NCBI GenBank assembly: GCA_002189035.1
Contig: NEEC01000019.1
Span: 186,001 to 250,000, forward strand
Source of the DNA: Utricularia gibba
Taxonomy: Eukaryota; Plantae; Magnoliophyta
DNA length: 64,000 bases
Direction of reading: 5' to 3'
In this document: piece by piece, positions 1 through 10,047 of the stretch
How positions within the stretch are numbered: position 1 is the first letter of the stretch
How the letters are laid out: every line of letters begins with the position of its first letter
Translations under genes and position numbers: made by a program
Notes under the pieces: model-generated
Seen by the model: the letters and a program-made list of their open reading frames with translations, nothing else
Told to the model about the DNA's origin: nothing
Databases searched by the model: none

Positions 1-107
1 ATTAATTCCTGTGATTTTTGTAGTAGAATAGCTAGGTTTATAAATTTCTTATGATGCGTTGACTGTACTAGACCGCAACATTTAGCAACTCATTCCAACG
101 TTCATCA
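1..107 (+). mobile_element. 3' end of the 5' LTR of an Athila-like Ty3/gypsy element (LTR family A type)
   Basis: Ends ...CGTTCATCA at 107, 3 nt before a PBS. Shares TAGG-TTATAAATTT..TGAT and terminal TTCATCA with family A LTR ends at 11485 and 13527. Confidence 0.85.
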
Positions 108-110
108 AAA

Positions 111-128
111 TGGCGCTATTGCCGGGGA
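111..128 (+). other. Primer binding site, tRNA-Asp type
   Basis: TGGCGCTATTGCCGGGGA right after the LTR-terminal CA; differs at 2 positions from the Athila-type PBS TGGCGCCGTTGCCGGGGA. Confidence 0.85.
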
Positions 129-156
129 ATGGTGTCTATAAATTTCTCTGTTTTTA

Positions 157-1755
157 ATGCATTTACGTTCCTTTGCAGGTGCACTTGAACCTCTTGATTT
201 GGAGATCGAGAGGACCGAAAAATTACTGAGAAAGAAGCACAATCAAAGTCAGCAAGAGGCTAAGTTGAGAGCCATAGAGATGGCTGACACACCACCAAAT
301 AACCAACAGCTTGTGAATATCTTGGAGAAGACCATTGGGGAGTATGAGTCACCAGACCATACCTACCGAGGGCATTGTATCACCTTTCCTACATCAGCAA
401 TTAATTTGAAGTTGAGGCCAGGAACCCTTGCTCTGTTTCCCAAGTATTATGGGAACAAGAATGAGGATCCTCACATGCATATTGATGATTGTATTGCTGT
501 TGGAGCTGTGCTGCGACCCAAGGACGTGACTGAGGATGATTTACTACTCAGAGTCTTCCAATTTACTCTTGAAGGACATGCCAAGACGTGGTTCAATACA
601 CTTGAACCCCGAAGTATTAGAAGCTGGATGGAAATGAAGAAAGAATTTTTAAATCAGTTTTTTCCTACCTCTAGAGCAGATGAAATTCGAAGCAAAATTG
701 AAAATATTTTTCAGGATTATGATGAGCCTTTACATGAATATTGGGACAGGTTTACAACTCCTCTTTCGAGCTGCACACATCATGGATTTGATAAGTTGAA
801 GCAAGTGAAGTGTTTTTTGAAGGGTTTGACTGCTGCACAAAGAGACAAGTTGGATTTTTCTACACATGGTAATATGAGTACTCTTACCCCATCTGAAGGT
901 TGGGAGAAAATTAAAGAAATGGTTGGACATTGCAGGCATTCTTAGTCTCGGTCTCGAGCCCAACACCAAGTGCATGAAATGGGGATATTGAGAGAGGATG
1001 AAGCAGCAAGAAATGACAAGGATATTGCTGAATTGAAGGATATGGTGAAAGGTTTATTTCTTGTTCATGCAAAATCTGTGCCTTGTGAAGTATGTGGAAT
1101 TCTGGGACATACTCCAGATCATTGCTCCATGAAAGGAAATCTGGAATAACCACTTGAAGGAGTGAATGCAATGGGGTATATGAATAATAGAGCTGATTAT
1201 TTCAGGCCCAAGAATGACCAGCGTTTCGAGCCTATGAGGAGTCATCCCAATTTTAGTTGGAGAAGCACCAACGTTGAAAATCCTCAACATCTGGGATTTA
1301 CTCAATCGCAGTAACAAACAGCACCACCAATTTCGTTTCAGCAAGGACAGAGTGTTCAACAGGGGAATAGATATCCAAATAAGCCATATCAGCCCCCACA
1401 TCAGAGAGTCGACCAGCCAAGCACTTCAGGTGTTAAACCACCTCCTTCAACTGAAGAAATGATGAAGATGATGCTGGAAAACATGGCCAGACGTGATGCT
1501 GAACAAGCAAAAAGGGATGTTGAATCTGAGAAGATGATGAAGAGTCTTGAGAGGCAAATTGGCCAACTTGCTACAGAGCTCACAGAACTGAAAGGAAATT
1601 CAGGGAAACTACCATCTCAGCCCAATGCCAATCCAAAAGCAAACATTTCTGCTATTGAACTTCATGGGGGAAAGCAACTACCTGACCGAAAGGCCCCTAC
1701 AAGTCATAGTAAAGTGGCTGAAGGTGTTAAAATTAATTCTGAGGATAAGGTGTAG
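157..1755 (+). pseudogene. gag: Ty3/gypsy gag (retrotransposon gag domain), disrupted
   Basis: Contains FPKYYGNKNEDPHMH, LLRVFQFTLEGHAKTWF, SWMEMKKEFLNQFFP and GKLPSQPNANPK. In-frame stops at 943 and 1753, with more between. Confidence 0.92.
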
Positions 1756-1866
1756 CATGGAAAAGCAGCTGGGGAACCTGTTGTTGAGATCAAGAAAACG
1801 CCTCCTTTCCCTAGAAGATTACAAGCTAGAGCAAGGCAAGAAGAGAAGGACTCTATAATTATAGCC

Positions 1867-2544
1867 TTGGACTCTGCAATGATTACCATGAAGGCTGTAG
1901 ATTATTTGAAGCAAGTGCCGAAAGGGATGAAAGTATTGAAGGACTTGTGTAGTTCGAAGAGGAAGAACAAGGATGAAGAATTGATCAAAGTCAGTGCTCA
2001 GGTCTCCGCATACCTGACCCAACCGATGCTAGAAAAATGTTCAGACCCTGGAACATTTTTTGTACCTATCCAGGTAGGAACTATATTCATCAGCAGGGCG
2101 ATGGCGGATCAAGGTGCTTCAATCAACATGATGCCTTATGAAGTTTATCTAGCACTAGACTTGGAACCCCTCAGGCCAACAAACTTGAAATTGCAGCTTG
2201 CAACCAGATCTGTGGCCATTCCTGAGGGTATTGCTGAAGATGTTTTAGTTCGAGTTTCTAACACTTGCTATCCATGCGATTTTGTTGCTGTTAAAATGCC
2301 ACCAGCTAGGGTGAATGATAATACTCTAATTCTAGGATGCCCTTTCCTAGCTACTGCAAATGCTGAAATTGATTCTAGGAAAGGAGCCATCACTATTGGT
2401 TATGCTGATGATATCTCTATCTTTAAGACCAATGAAGCTGCAAAGTTCCCTGATGATTTTGCACCTGTGACTGGAGTTGATGTCATTGATGAGCTGGTGG
2501 GGGAAGTTTTCGATTACGAGCAACATGATATTCTTGAAATCTAA
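1867..2544 (+). pseudogene. pol: Ty3/gypsy aspartic protease region
   Basis: Contains CSDPGTFFVP, AMADQGASINMMP (D-x-G-A-S active site), EDVLVRV and LILGCPFLATANAEID. Confidence 0.92.
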
Positions 2545-2610
2545 GAAGTCGAGCTTGAAGAGGAGGATGCTGAACACTTAATTCTGGAATGTTTCATTGA
2601 AGATAAAGAC

Positions 2611-3603
2611 TTGGTGAAGTTTGGAGAGGTGACTAGTGTTGCACCACCAGAATTGAAACCATTGCATTCACATCTCAAGTATGCATTTATTGGTGACAAT
2701 TCAAAGCCGGTGATTATTAGTGCTGATCTTTCCTATGAAGAAGAGATGAAGCTGATGGATGTTCTCAAAGCTAACAGCAAGGCCATCGGCTGGACATTGG
2801 ATGACATCACCAGAATTAGCTCTTCAGTCACAATGCACCGAATTTATCTTGAAGAGGGAGCAAAACCGGTCAGACAACCTCAAAGAAGGCTTAATCCTAC
2901 CCTCATGGAGGTAGTGAAGAAAGAAATCCAGAAGCTGCTGAAAGCTGGAGCGATTTATTCGATTTTTGATAGCACATGGGTATGTATTGACTACAGAAAG
3001 CTGAACGAAGTAACAAGGAAGGATCATTACCCTCTACCATTTGTTGACCAAATGTTGGACAGGTTGAGCGGTAAGAGTTTTTATTGCTTTCTTGATGGGT
3101 ACTCAAGGTATAACCAGGTTGCTGTGGCACCGGATGATCAAGAAAAGACGACCTTTATCTGTCTCTTTGGCACATATGCGTACAAGAAGATGCCATTTGG
3201 TCTCTGCAACGCCCCAGCAACATTTCAAAGGTGTGTCACCAGCATTTTTTCGGATTATATTGATGATTTCATTGAAGCATTCATGTATGACTTTACTGTG
3301 CATGGGACTAGTTTTGATGATTGTTTGAATCATTTGGAACTTGTGTTGAAACGTTGTGTTGAGAAGGATTTAGTTTTGAACTCTGAAAAATGTCATTTCA
3401 TGGTATGCCAAGGAATTGTACTTAGGCATGTTGTTTCTGAAGCAGGTCTTACGGTAGATCCTGCTAAGGTAAGTATTATTTCTGGTTTACCATATCCACG
3501 TGATGAAAGAGGAGTTCGTGCATTTTTAGGCCATGTCGGATTTTACAGGAGATTTATTAAAGGTTTTTCTCAAATTGTTCGACCACTAACCAATCTCTTG
3601 TAG
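2611..3603 (+). pseudogene. pol: Ty3/gypsy reverse transcriptase, inactivated
   Basis: Contains CIDYRKLN, KDHYPLPF, FLDGYSRYNQ and MPFGLCNAPATFQRC. The catalytic FMDD reads FMYD, and the segment normally found between DSxWV and CIDYRKLN is deleted. Confidence 0.95.
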
Positions 3604-3666
3604 AAGGATGCTGAGTTTATTTTTTCAGATGAATGTTAGCATGCTTTTGACACTCTCAATGCAGTA

Positions 3667-4218
3667 GTGACATCAGCTCCTATCATACAAGCGCCCAATT
3701 GGAGTGAGCCCTACCATGTGATGACTGATGCATCTAACTATGCAGTAGGAGCTGTGTTAGGCCAGAAACTTGATGGAAAAGACACTGTTATCAGCTATGC
3801 TTCCAAAACCTTGGATAATGCTCAAGCAAATTACACTACAACCGAGAAGGAGATGCTAGCTGTTGTATTTGCCTTGGAAAAGTTCAAAAGCTATTTGTTG
3901 GGTAACAAAGTGATTGTGCATACAGATCATGCCGCCATCAAACACCTCATGTCCAAGAAGGAGACCAAACCGAGGCTTATGAGGTGGGTCTTATTACTGC
4001 AAGAGTTCAATGTGGAAATCAAGGATAAGCCTGGGAAGCTCAATGAAGTTGCAGATCACCTTAGTAGAATCGAGCAACCCATGGATGGTATTCCAATTGT
4101 TGAAGAATTTCCAGATGAACAACTCTGTGCAATTAAGGCTGATGCAGGGAAGACTAGTGAGCCGTGGTACGCTGACATAGCCAATTATCTGTGCACTGGA
4201 GGATGGCATTGGACTTAA
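3667..4218 (+). pseudogene. pol: Ty3/gypsy RNase H
   Basis: Contains [42 protein letters not shown] and NEVADHLSR. It follows RT directly, with no extra RNase H, which fits Athila rather than Tat. Confidence 0.95.
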
Positions 4219-5474
4219 AGAGTTATGAGAAGCTGAAGTTGAAGAGTGAGAGTAAGCACTATTTCTGGGATGATCCCTATCTGTGGAAAAATTGTGCTGA
4301 TGGTGTTGTGCGAGGCTGCTTCGCTGAAGATGATGTTCAGCAAGTATTGGCATTCTGTCATACATCTCCTTGTGAAGGGCACCATGGTCCTAACTGTACT
4401 GCCAAGAGGTGCTGGATTGTGGTTATTATTGGCCAACAGTTTTCAAAGATGCCAAGTCTTACTGTAAGAGCTGCGAGAACTGCCAGAGAACAGGGAATAT
4501 CTCAAACTAGCACGAAATACCAATGCAGCCAATTGTTGTTCCAGAAGTGTTCGACGTGTGGGGTATAGACTTTATGGGCCCCTTTCCAAACTCTGATGGC
4601 TATGAGTATATTCTGGTGGTAGTGGACTATGTTTCAAAGTGGATAGAGGCAATTCCCACCAAGTCACAAGATACTCATTCAGTCATACGTTTTTTGAAGA
4701 ATAACATCTTTGTGAGGTTTGGAACACCTAAAGCCTTGATCAGTGATCGTGGAAGCCATTTCTTTAACAAGGCTATGGAGAGACTACTGAAAAGCTATGG
4801 AGAGACTAATGAAAAGCTATGGAGTCTGGTACAAGCCATCTAACTCTTACCACCCTCAGACCAATGGGTAGGCAGAAGTTTCTAATCGAGAGATCAAGCA
4901 AACTTCGGAGAAGACTATGACTTCCTCTCGTAAGGACTGGAGCTCCAAGCTGAATGACACCTTGTGGGCAATTCGCACAGCCTTCAAAACTCCCATCGGT
5001 ATGTCTCCTTTTCATCTTGTATATGGTAAACATTGCCATTTGCCCATTGAATTAGAGCAGAAGGCTAGATGAGCAATCCAGCAAGTGAACTTTCAAAGTA
5101 GTGGTGATTTGAGGAAGCTCCAACTTTTAGATCTTGATGAGCTAAGACATGAGACCTACATGAATTCTAAGATCTTCAAGGAACGCACGAAGCAGTTCCA
5201 TGACCACCAAATCTTGAGAAAACACTTTGAACCTGGACAAAAGGTATTATTGTTTCAGTCTAAACTCAAACTTCACCCAGGTAAACTGAAATCTCGTTGG
5301 GAAGGACCTTTTGTGATTAAACATGTGAATTCTAATGGTTTCATTGAGTTATTTGATAGAGACATGCATAGCTCATGTACTGTGAATGGTCACAGATTGA
5401 AAGTGTTCCATGAGCTTATGATCGACGAAGTGGGACACCCTGTGGATGTTCAACATCCGGTGCCATTACGATAA
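4191..5474 (+). pseudogene. pol: Ty3/gypsy integrase, frameshifted, no chromodomain
   Basis: Contains an H-H-C-C zinc finger, [44 protein letters not shown] and VNGHRLK. Several frameshifts, including a 22-bp tandem duplication at 4772-4815. Confidence 0.95.
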
Positions 5475-5552
5475 GTGGTCGATAAAAAACTAACAAGGTC
5501 ACCATAGGATAGTTCACGCAAGATCCATGCAATTTCAAAGGTGCACCGTTGA

Positions 5553-7370
5553 TTACACAAGAGTCTTGTAATGCTTCCACAATGGGTGTTCCTCGTCTAT
5601 TGGACGTTGACCTACCCGACGGCGATCGACGTGCGTGGGTATATCCATTTGGTCAATGAGAGCTTCCAGGAACGTCCTAATATCTCCCCCTCGAACCAGC
5701 GAACAATCATTGACCGCGGTGTACTTGAAGGTGGTTGGGAATATGGCATTTTCGGGCTGTCGAATGAAACTAAACAAGTGAAATAGGATGCAAGATGGTG
5801 GAGAATGAGCACAACCAGAAACTCACCGGATTGTGTGTACGGCGCATCATCGATGAGAAGCGTATTAAGACGGTGATATTTGCCCTTGAACTCTTGGTTG
5901 GCGCCCCATACATGATTCAAAAGCTTAAGCTTAACTATGTTGTTCCTGTTGTCGTGCACCGGATAGCCGGTGTCTACACACCTGGATTCATGCCATTGGA
6001 AGACGAGCTTGCTGGCTGGTGCAGTCTCTAGTAACCACCGAATTACATCGTGCAATTGTTCACTGCCACATGCCATCAGAAAAAAAAATGTCAGCAGGAA
6101 TGCGGTCCCTTGTCTGCTAGGTGTTCAGTCTTACCGCCCTCTTGAAGACTAGATGACGACATCAAAGTGTTCCATGCAAAACTGTATCAACTCACGTGCA
6201 CCTGGTCGAAGATACACTACAACCACAAGAAATAGTACTAACACATGCACCAAATATTAAATGCATATCAATGACATTGCATTACCGTTTCGCCTGTAAA
6301 TGACGGCATCCAGCTTTGGTGCTGCCCATCTGACTTCGCGAGGATACACATTGTCCGCAAGTACGCCATTCACGTCAAATATAAGCAACTTCCATGGTGG
6401 GGCCGTGTTATCACTCGACGGTCCACCATATGACCACCTTGTTTCATACCATACAAGCTAACCACAGAGATCAAGATTCTCTGCGTACAGTCTGTCCATT
6501 TGGATATACTTTGTAGTGGCAACACCGCACCCGTCGTCATGTGTCGAAATCAATGTTGGCCCCTCCGTGTTGCCCCCGACTTCTGGCTGCACATCTTCAT
6601 CCTCTTCATGGTTCACCTCCTCAAGATCATCATTTGTACTCCTATGTTGTCTACGGTGTCGAGGGGTTCCGCACCATAGATGCTGTGTCCTAGGGGCATT
6701 GATGAACGGGGGCAAGACGTCCTCCAAGGACTTTGTTCTGCAAGAGAACAAATTCACAAACCTCCTTGCCGCACGTTTTGGCAATACCTCTATGCCTACA
6801 ACGCAAACAACAAAAAAACATGAGTATTGTTCAACAAGACGTGTGAATATCCGAAGTAATTGTTTATGATTACCTGATGGGTGTCCCACATTCTCTGACA
6901 CTGTCAACGTTGTTGGCCATTCTACAGCGGTGGGTGGGTATACCCATACAAAACTGGTCCACCAATCTTCATATGCGCTTCTCACGTCTGTAACCAGTAC
7001 CACACCAGGTTTTCCATGAAGTGAGTAGTGCGCACTCCCCTTGCGTTGGCCACAAAAAGAAACCGCAAAGAAGACACGCATTTTCGGGGGTATGTCCTCC
7101 TCTTCAAAGATCTGCAGAAATGCAGAACGTGTGCCACAAAACACGGTATGAGGTGGGAGAGTGGGATTTGGAGTGCAGCAAGTATTTGCACCAAGAAAGG
7201 GGCGGGGGGAGTCGCAATCCACACCGAAAGTGCTCGGTGCTGACGGTGAATCCCGAACCGCCAACTCTGGATGGCGGTTCGCCGTCCGACATTTCGCCGG
7301 GCTGTTTATCCCACATTGTGTTACCGTTGGGAATTGAGAGGCGGACACGTAGTTTCTCACACGTCAACAT
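5553..7370 (-). pseudogene. Six-exon pseudogene: Transposase_28 (putative gypsy-type)-like N-terminus, acidic linker, and FCP1/NIF-type HAD phosphatase domain
   Basis: Predicted exons 7370-6874, 6795-6510, 6437-6286, 6216-6135, 6062-5827 and 5756-5553, with GT-AG introns of 78, 72, 69, 72 and 70 nt. N-terminal motifs: KLRVRLSIP, FRCGLRLP, LQIPLSHLIP, AF..IFEEEDIPP....F, HYSLHGKPG, YEDWWTSFVWV. C-terminal motifs: KLLIFDVNGVLAD, VYLRPG..LIQFCMEHFDVVI(W)SS, LVFQWHESRCVDTG, NTLLIDDAPY, NPPENAIFP, GGDIRTFLE, GQRPIDEEHPLW. Lesions: two frameshifts at ~7100-7210, W>stop near 6150, frameshift near 5835. Confidence 0.8.
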
Positions 7371-7684
7371 CTGGAAAACAATAGACGTGTTACTCGACGA
7401 TGACAACGAAGAATTTGAAATGCAAAGGGCAAAGGTTCCTACCGTCGCGACGCTGTTCTAGAGAGGTTGCCGTGGAGACTGTTTTCACGGTGCTGCTGCA
7501 CGTTTGCCGAAAGGGTGGAGTTGGATGGGCAGAATTAATGAATTTTTTTTGGAAAGTGCACAATGTCAGGCGCCTTTATTGTGCGCAGGGGGGGTATTAA
7601 TAGCGCTGGACGGTTGTCAACCGCCCTTCACATTTAATGTTGGATAACTGCAATATTTTATGGCATTTTGTTTTTGGAACTCAG

Positions 7685-8120
7685 AACACCGGATTATGTT
7701 TTCGCGGTGCTGTGGAATAAGTAGCGTACCTCAGGCATTTGAAAACACCGCATATTACGGATCGCGGTGTTTGGTCAAATGGAGTATTATTGTACTACCA
7801 ATCACCCACGCTAACATGTACGAGCTGCGTACACATCTACTTCTAAAATTTGACAGCACCGAATACGATGAAACATCCGGTGCAGCACTGACGCAGCATA
7901 GCCCAAGCGTACAGAAGCACCGGAGTTTACGGATCGCGGTGTTCGGTCAAATGACGCTTTGCTGTACTACAAAATACCCTCACTACTATGCACCAGCTTT
8001 ACACTCATCTAATCTTTAATTTTTATGAGCACCGGATACGATGAAACACATGGTGCTACCCACAACGTTGATGTCGTACAAGCCTATGTGGAAGTACCTC
8101 AACTGAAGATCGCGGTGTTA
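7685..8120. repeat. Degenerate ~173-bp tandem repeat containing CACCG-N13-16-CGGTG palindromes
   Basis: GATCGCGGTG starts at 7760, 7932 and 8108; CACCG(A/G)ATACGATGAAACA starts at 7857 and 8030. Confidence 0.8.
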
Positions 8121-8330
8121 GCTCCAATGATCCACCGTGTGTTATCGACACTATGGTACAATCCCAACAATTTGTGCATCAACTACCAAATACTTTGCAA
8201 TTTCAAGTTCAAGTCGGAGTATAAACGACACGATAGGTTCGGTACGGGAATTAAGGAAAACCACTAGCATGACAATGTCTAAAACAGTGCTACACTAGCA
8301 GCGCCTGCGGGATGCCAGCCACTCAATGTA

Positions 8331-9452
8331 TGATAAACGGAAATTTTCCTAATATCGTTGCAAATAAAAATAGAAAATCCGTATCAAATAAATTTATAAT
8401 CCCTAATCTACACAAAATACAAATTTGGAAAACTTGTATAGTGGATATCGGGGTCGATCACAAGGAGATGGTGCTTGTCAAGTGTTTTAGTGAGTGCATA
8501 ATTCGGGATAACAGGAAGTCTAAGTCTAAGCTCGGACTAACAGTGGTAAGCAAGTTCAGTAAACAAGGTAGGTAAGCAATATTTGGTCTTAACGCTTAGG
8601 TAACAGGTACTGGTTCTAACTCAGAATAATATTAAGGTGCCTTAAGGGTCTATAGGTGGTGTAGTGTCAAAATCCCTAATTTAATCTACCATGTTCCCAC
8701 ACTCACAACTTCAAATAACCTAAGTTTACCCAGGTCATTCACCATGTTTTCGGCTAAGCTAGTCCTCCATATCATCACCAACATTTTAATTAGGTCTACC
8801 CGCATGCAAAGCATATAGAACTAGGTCTAGCTGGTTCTACTAGTTCCACCCCGAACTAACACCTATTGCTCACGTCTTGATTTATTGGTCTACCTCTAAA
8901 TCAAGCATATAAGTTGTGAAGCTACTTGTTCCCCTCTTTAGGTCTACCCATGGTTTGATAGAAACAAGAACTAAGGAAGAATGGTAAATTTTATTAAGAT
9001 TCATAGACCCCCATCACCATGCTTCACCTCAAGGCACTCCTCAGGTTTAGCTACTCATGCTTTGAAGGTAAAACATGATAACATTAACATAAAGCAACGA
9101 AAATGTCAAGAACATCGTGAAAGAGTTGGTTGTAGAAACTGAAAACATCAACAAACGAAAATAAAGGAATAAGAGTTCTGATTTCTGTCTGCTACTGTTC
9201 CTAGCGCTGGACTAGGCTCTTATGCTGTTCTTGAGGATGAAGATCTTCTTCTCCTCTCCTGGTTCAGTACTCGTCGTGTTGGGGGAGAAGCCCCCTCCTT
9301 GGGTCTGCTCTCCTCTCTTCCTTCTCTTCTCTCCAAAAATATCTTCACATCTTTTTTCCATTTTTCAAAATCAGTCCACTGTTTTTGACATTCGTACTGT
9401 TCCTGACCTGAACCTGCAGACTGTAGGCGGCTGAATATTAATCATGTCTCTT
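8331..9452 (-). mobile_element. Family A (Athila-type) LTR, 5'-truncated
   Basis: Starts TGATAAACGG, the reverse complement of the LTR 3' end. It is the reverse complement of ~10320-11485, and homology stops near 9452. Confidence 0.9.
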
Positions 9453-9459
9453 CCTTGTG

Positions 9460-10047
9460 TCTTGCTAATCATGCCATCTATTCCATACCTGATTCCCTCC
9501 GGCAGATGTCGTGACATCTTCTGGATCACTCGTGTCCCCAGCTTCATCCTGGAAGTCCAATGGGACCTGATCCTCCAGGGGATCGACCACCATCTCCTTT
9601 CGAATGAGGTTATGAAGTAAAGGACATGCCAATACAATGCGGTTCTGTGTGTCTATGGAATAGTAGCTAGCCGTCCGTAGTATACCCCACTGCATCTTCA
9701 TCAAGCCCCAAGCTCGTTCAATCACATTTCTGGCTGATGCATGCTGCATGTCGAATAACTCCTTCGCATTCTGGGGTGCTCCATTTCCCTGGCCCCCCTC
9801 CTTCAAGTGGTAACGGACTCCACAGTATTGTGCCAAAAAGCCCTCCCTATTGGCGTATCCATTGTCACATAGGTAATATGTTCCTATGTCATCACGTATA
9901 CCAGGTGCATAAAATCAAGTGAAATACCTGGGCGTACACGGAAGCCGTCGGATCGTGATAGTGCATCGTTGAGACCTGACTATTTGCAGCAGACCCCTCC
10001 CACCCAGCAAGCACATATATAAATTTCATGTGTTCATCACATACACA
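9460..10047 (-). pseudogene. PIF/Harbinger DDE transposase, C-terminal fragment
   Basis: Contains CVCDEHMKFIYVLAGWEGSA, RYHLKE..G.PQNAKELF and RNVIERAWGLMKMQWGILR. Frameshifted and cut by LTRs on both sides. Confidence 0.9.

Noticed and set aside
6458-7360. 300-aa ORF taken at face value as one protein
   Set aside because: Its first ~70 codons are out of frame with the Transposase_28-like motifs, and it reads through two predicted in-frame introns. It is one part of the spliced pseudogene.
7685-8120. CRISPR-like repeat-spacer array
   Set aside because: Eukaryotic TE context, repeats are only 5-8-bp arms with irregular spacing, and there are no cas genes.
8300-8331. PBS after the minus-strand LTR
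   Set aside because: The minus strand reads TACATTGAGTGGCTGGCATC, with no tRNA-complementary TGG directly after the LTR.
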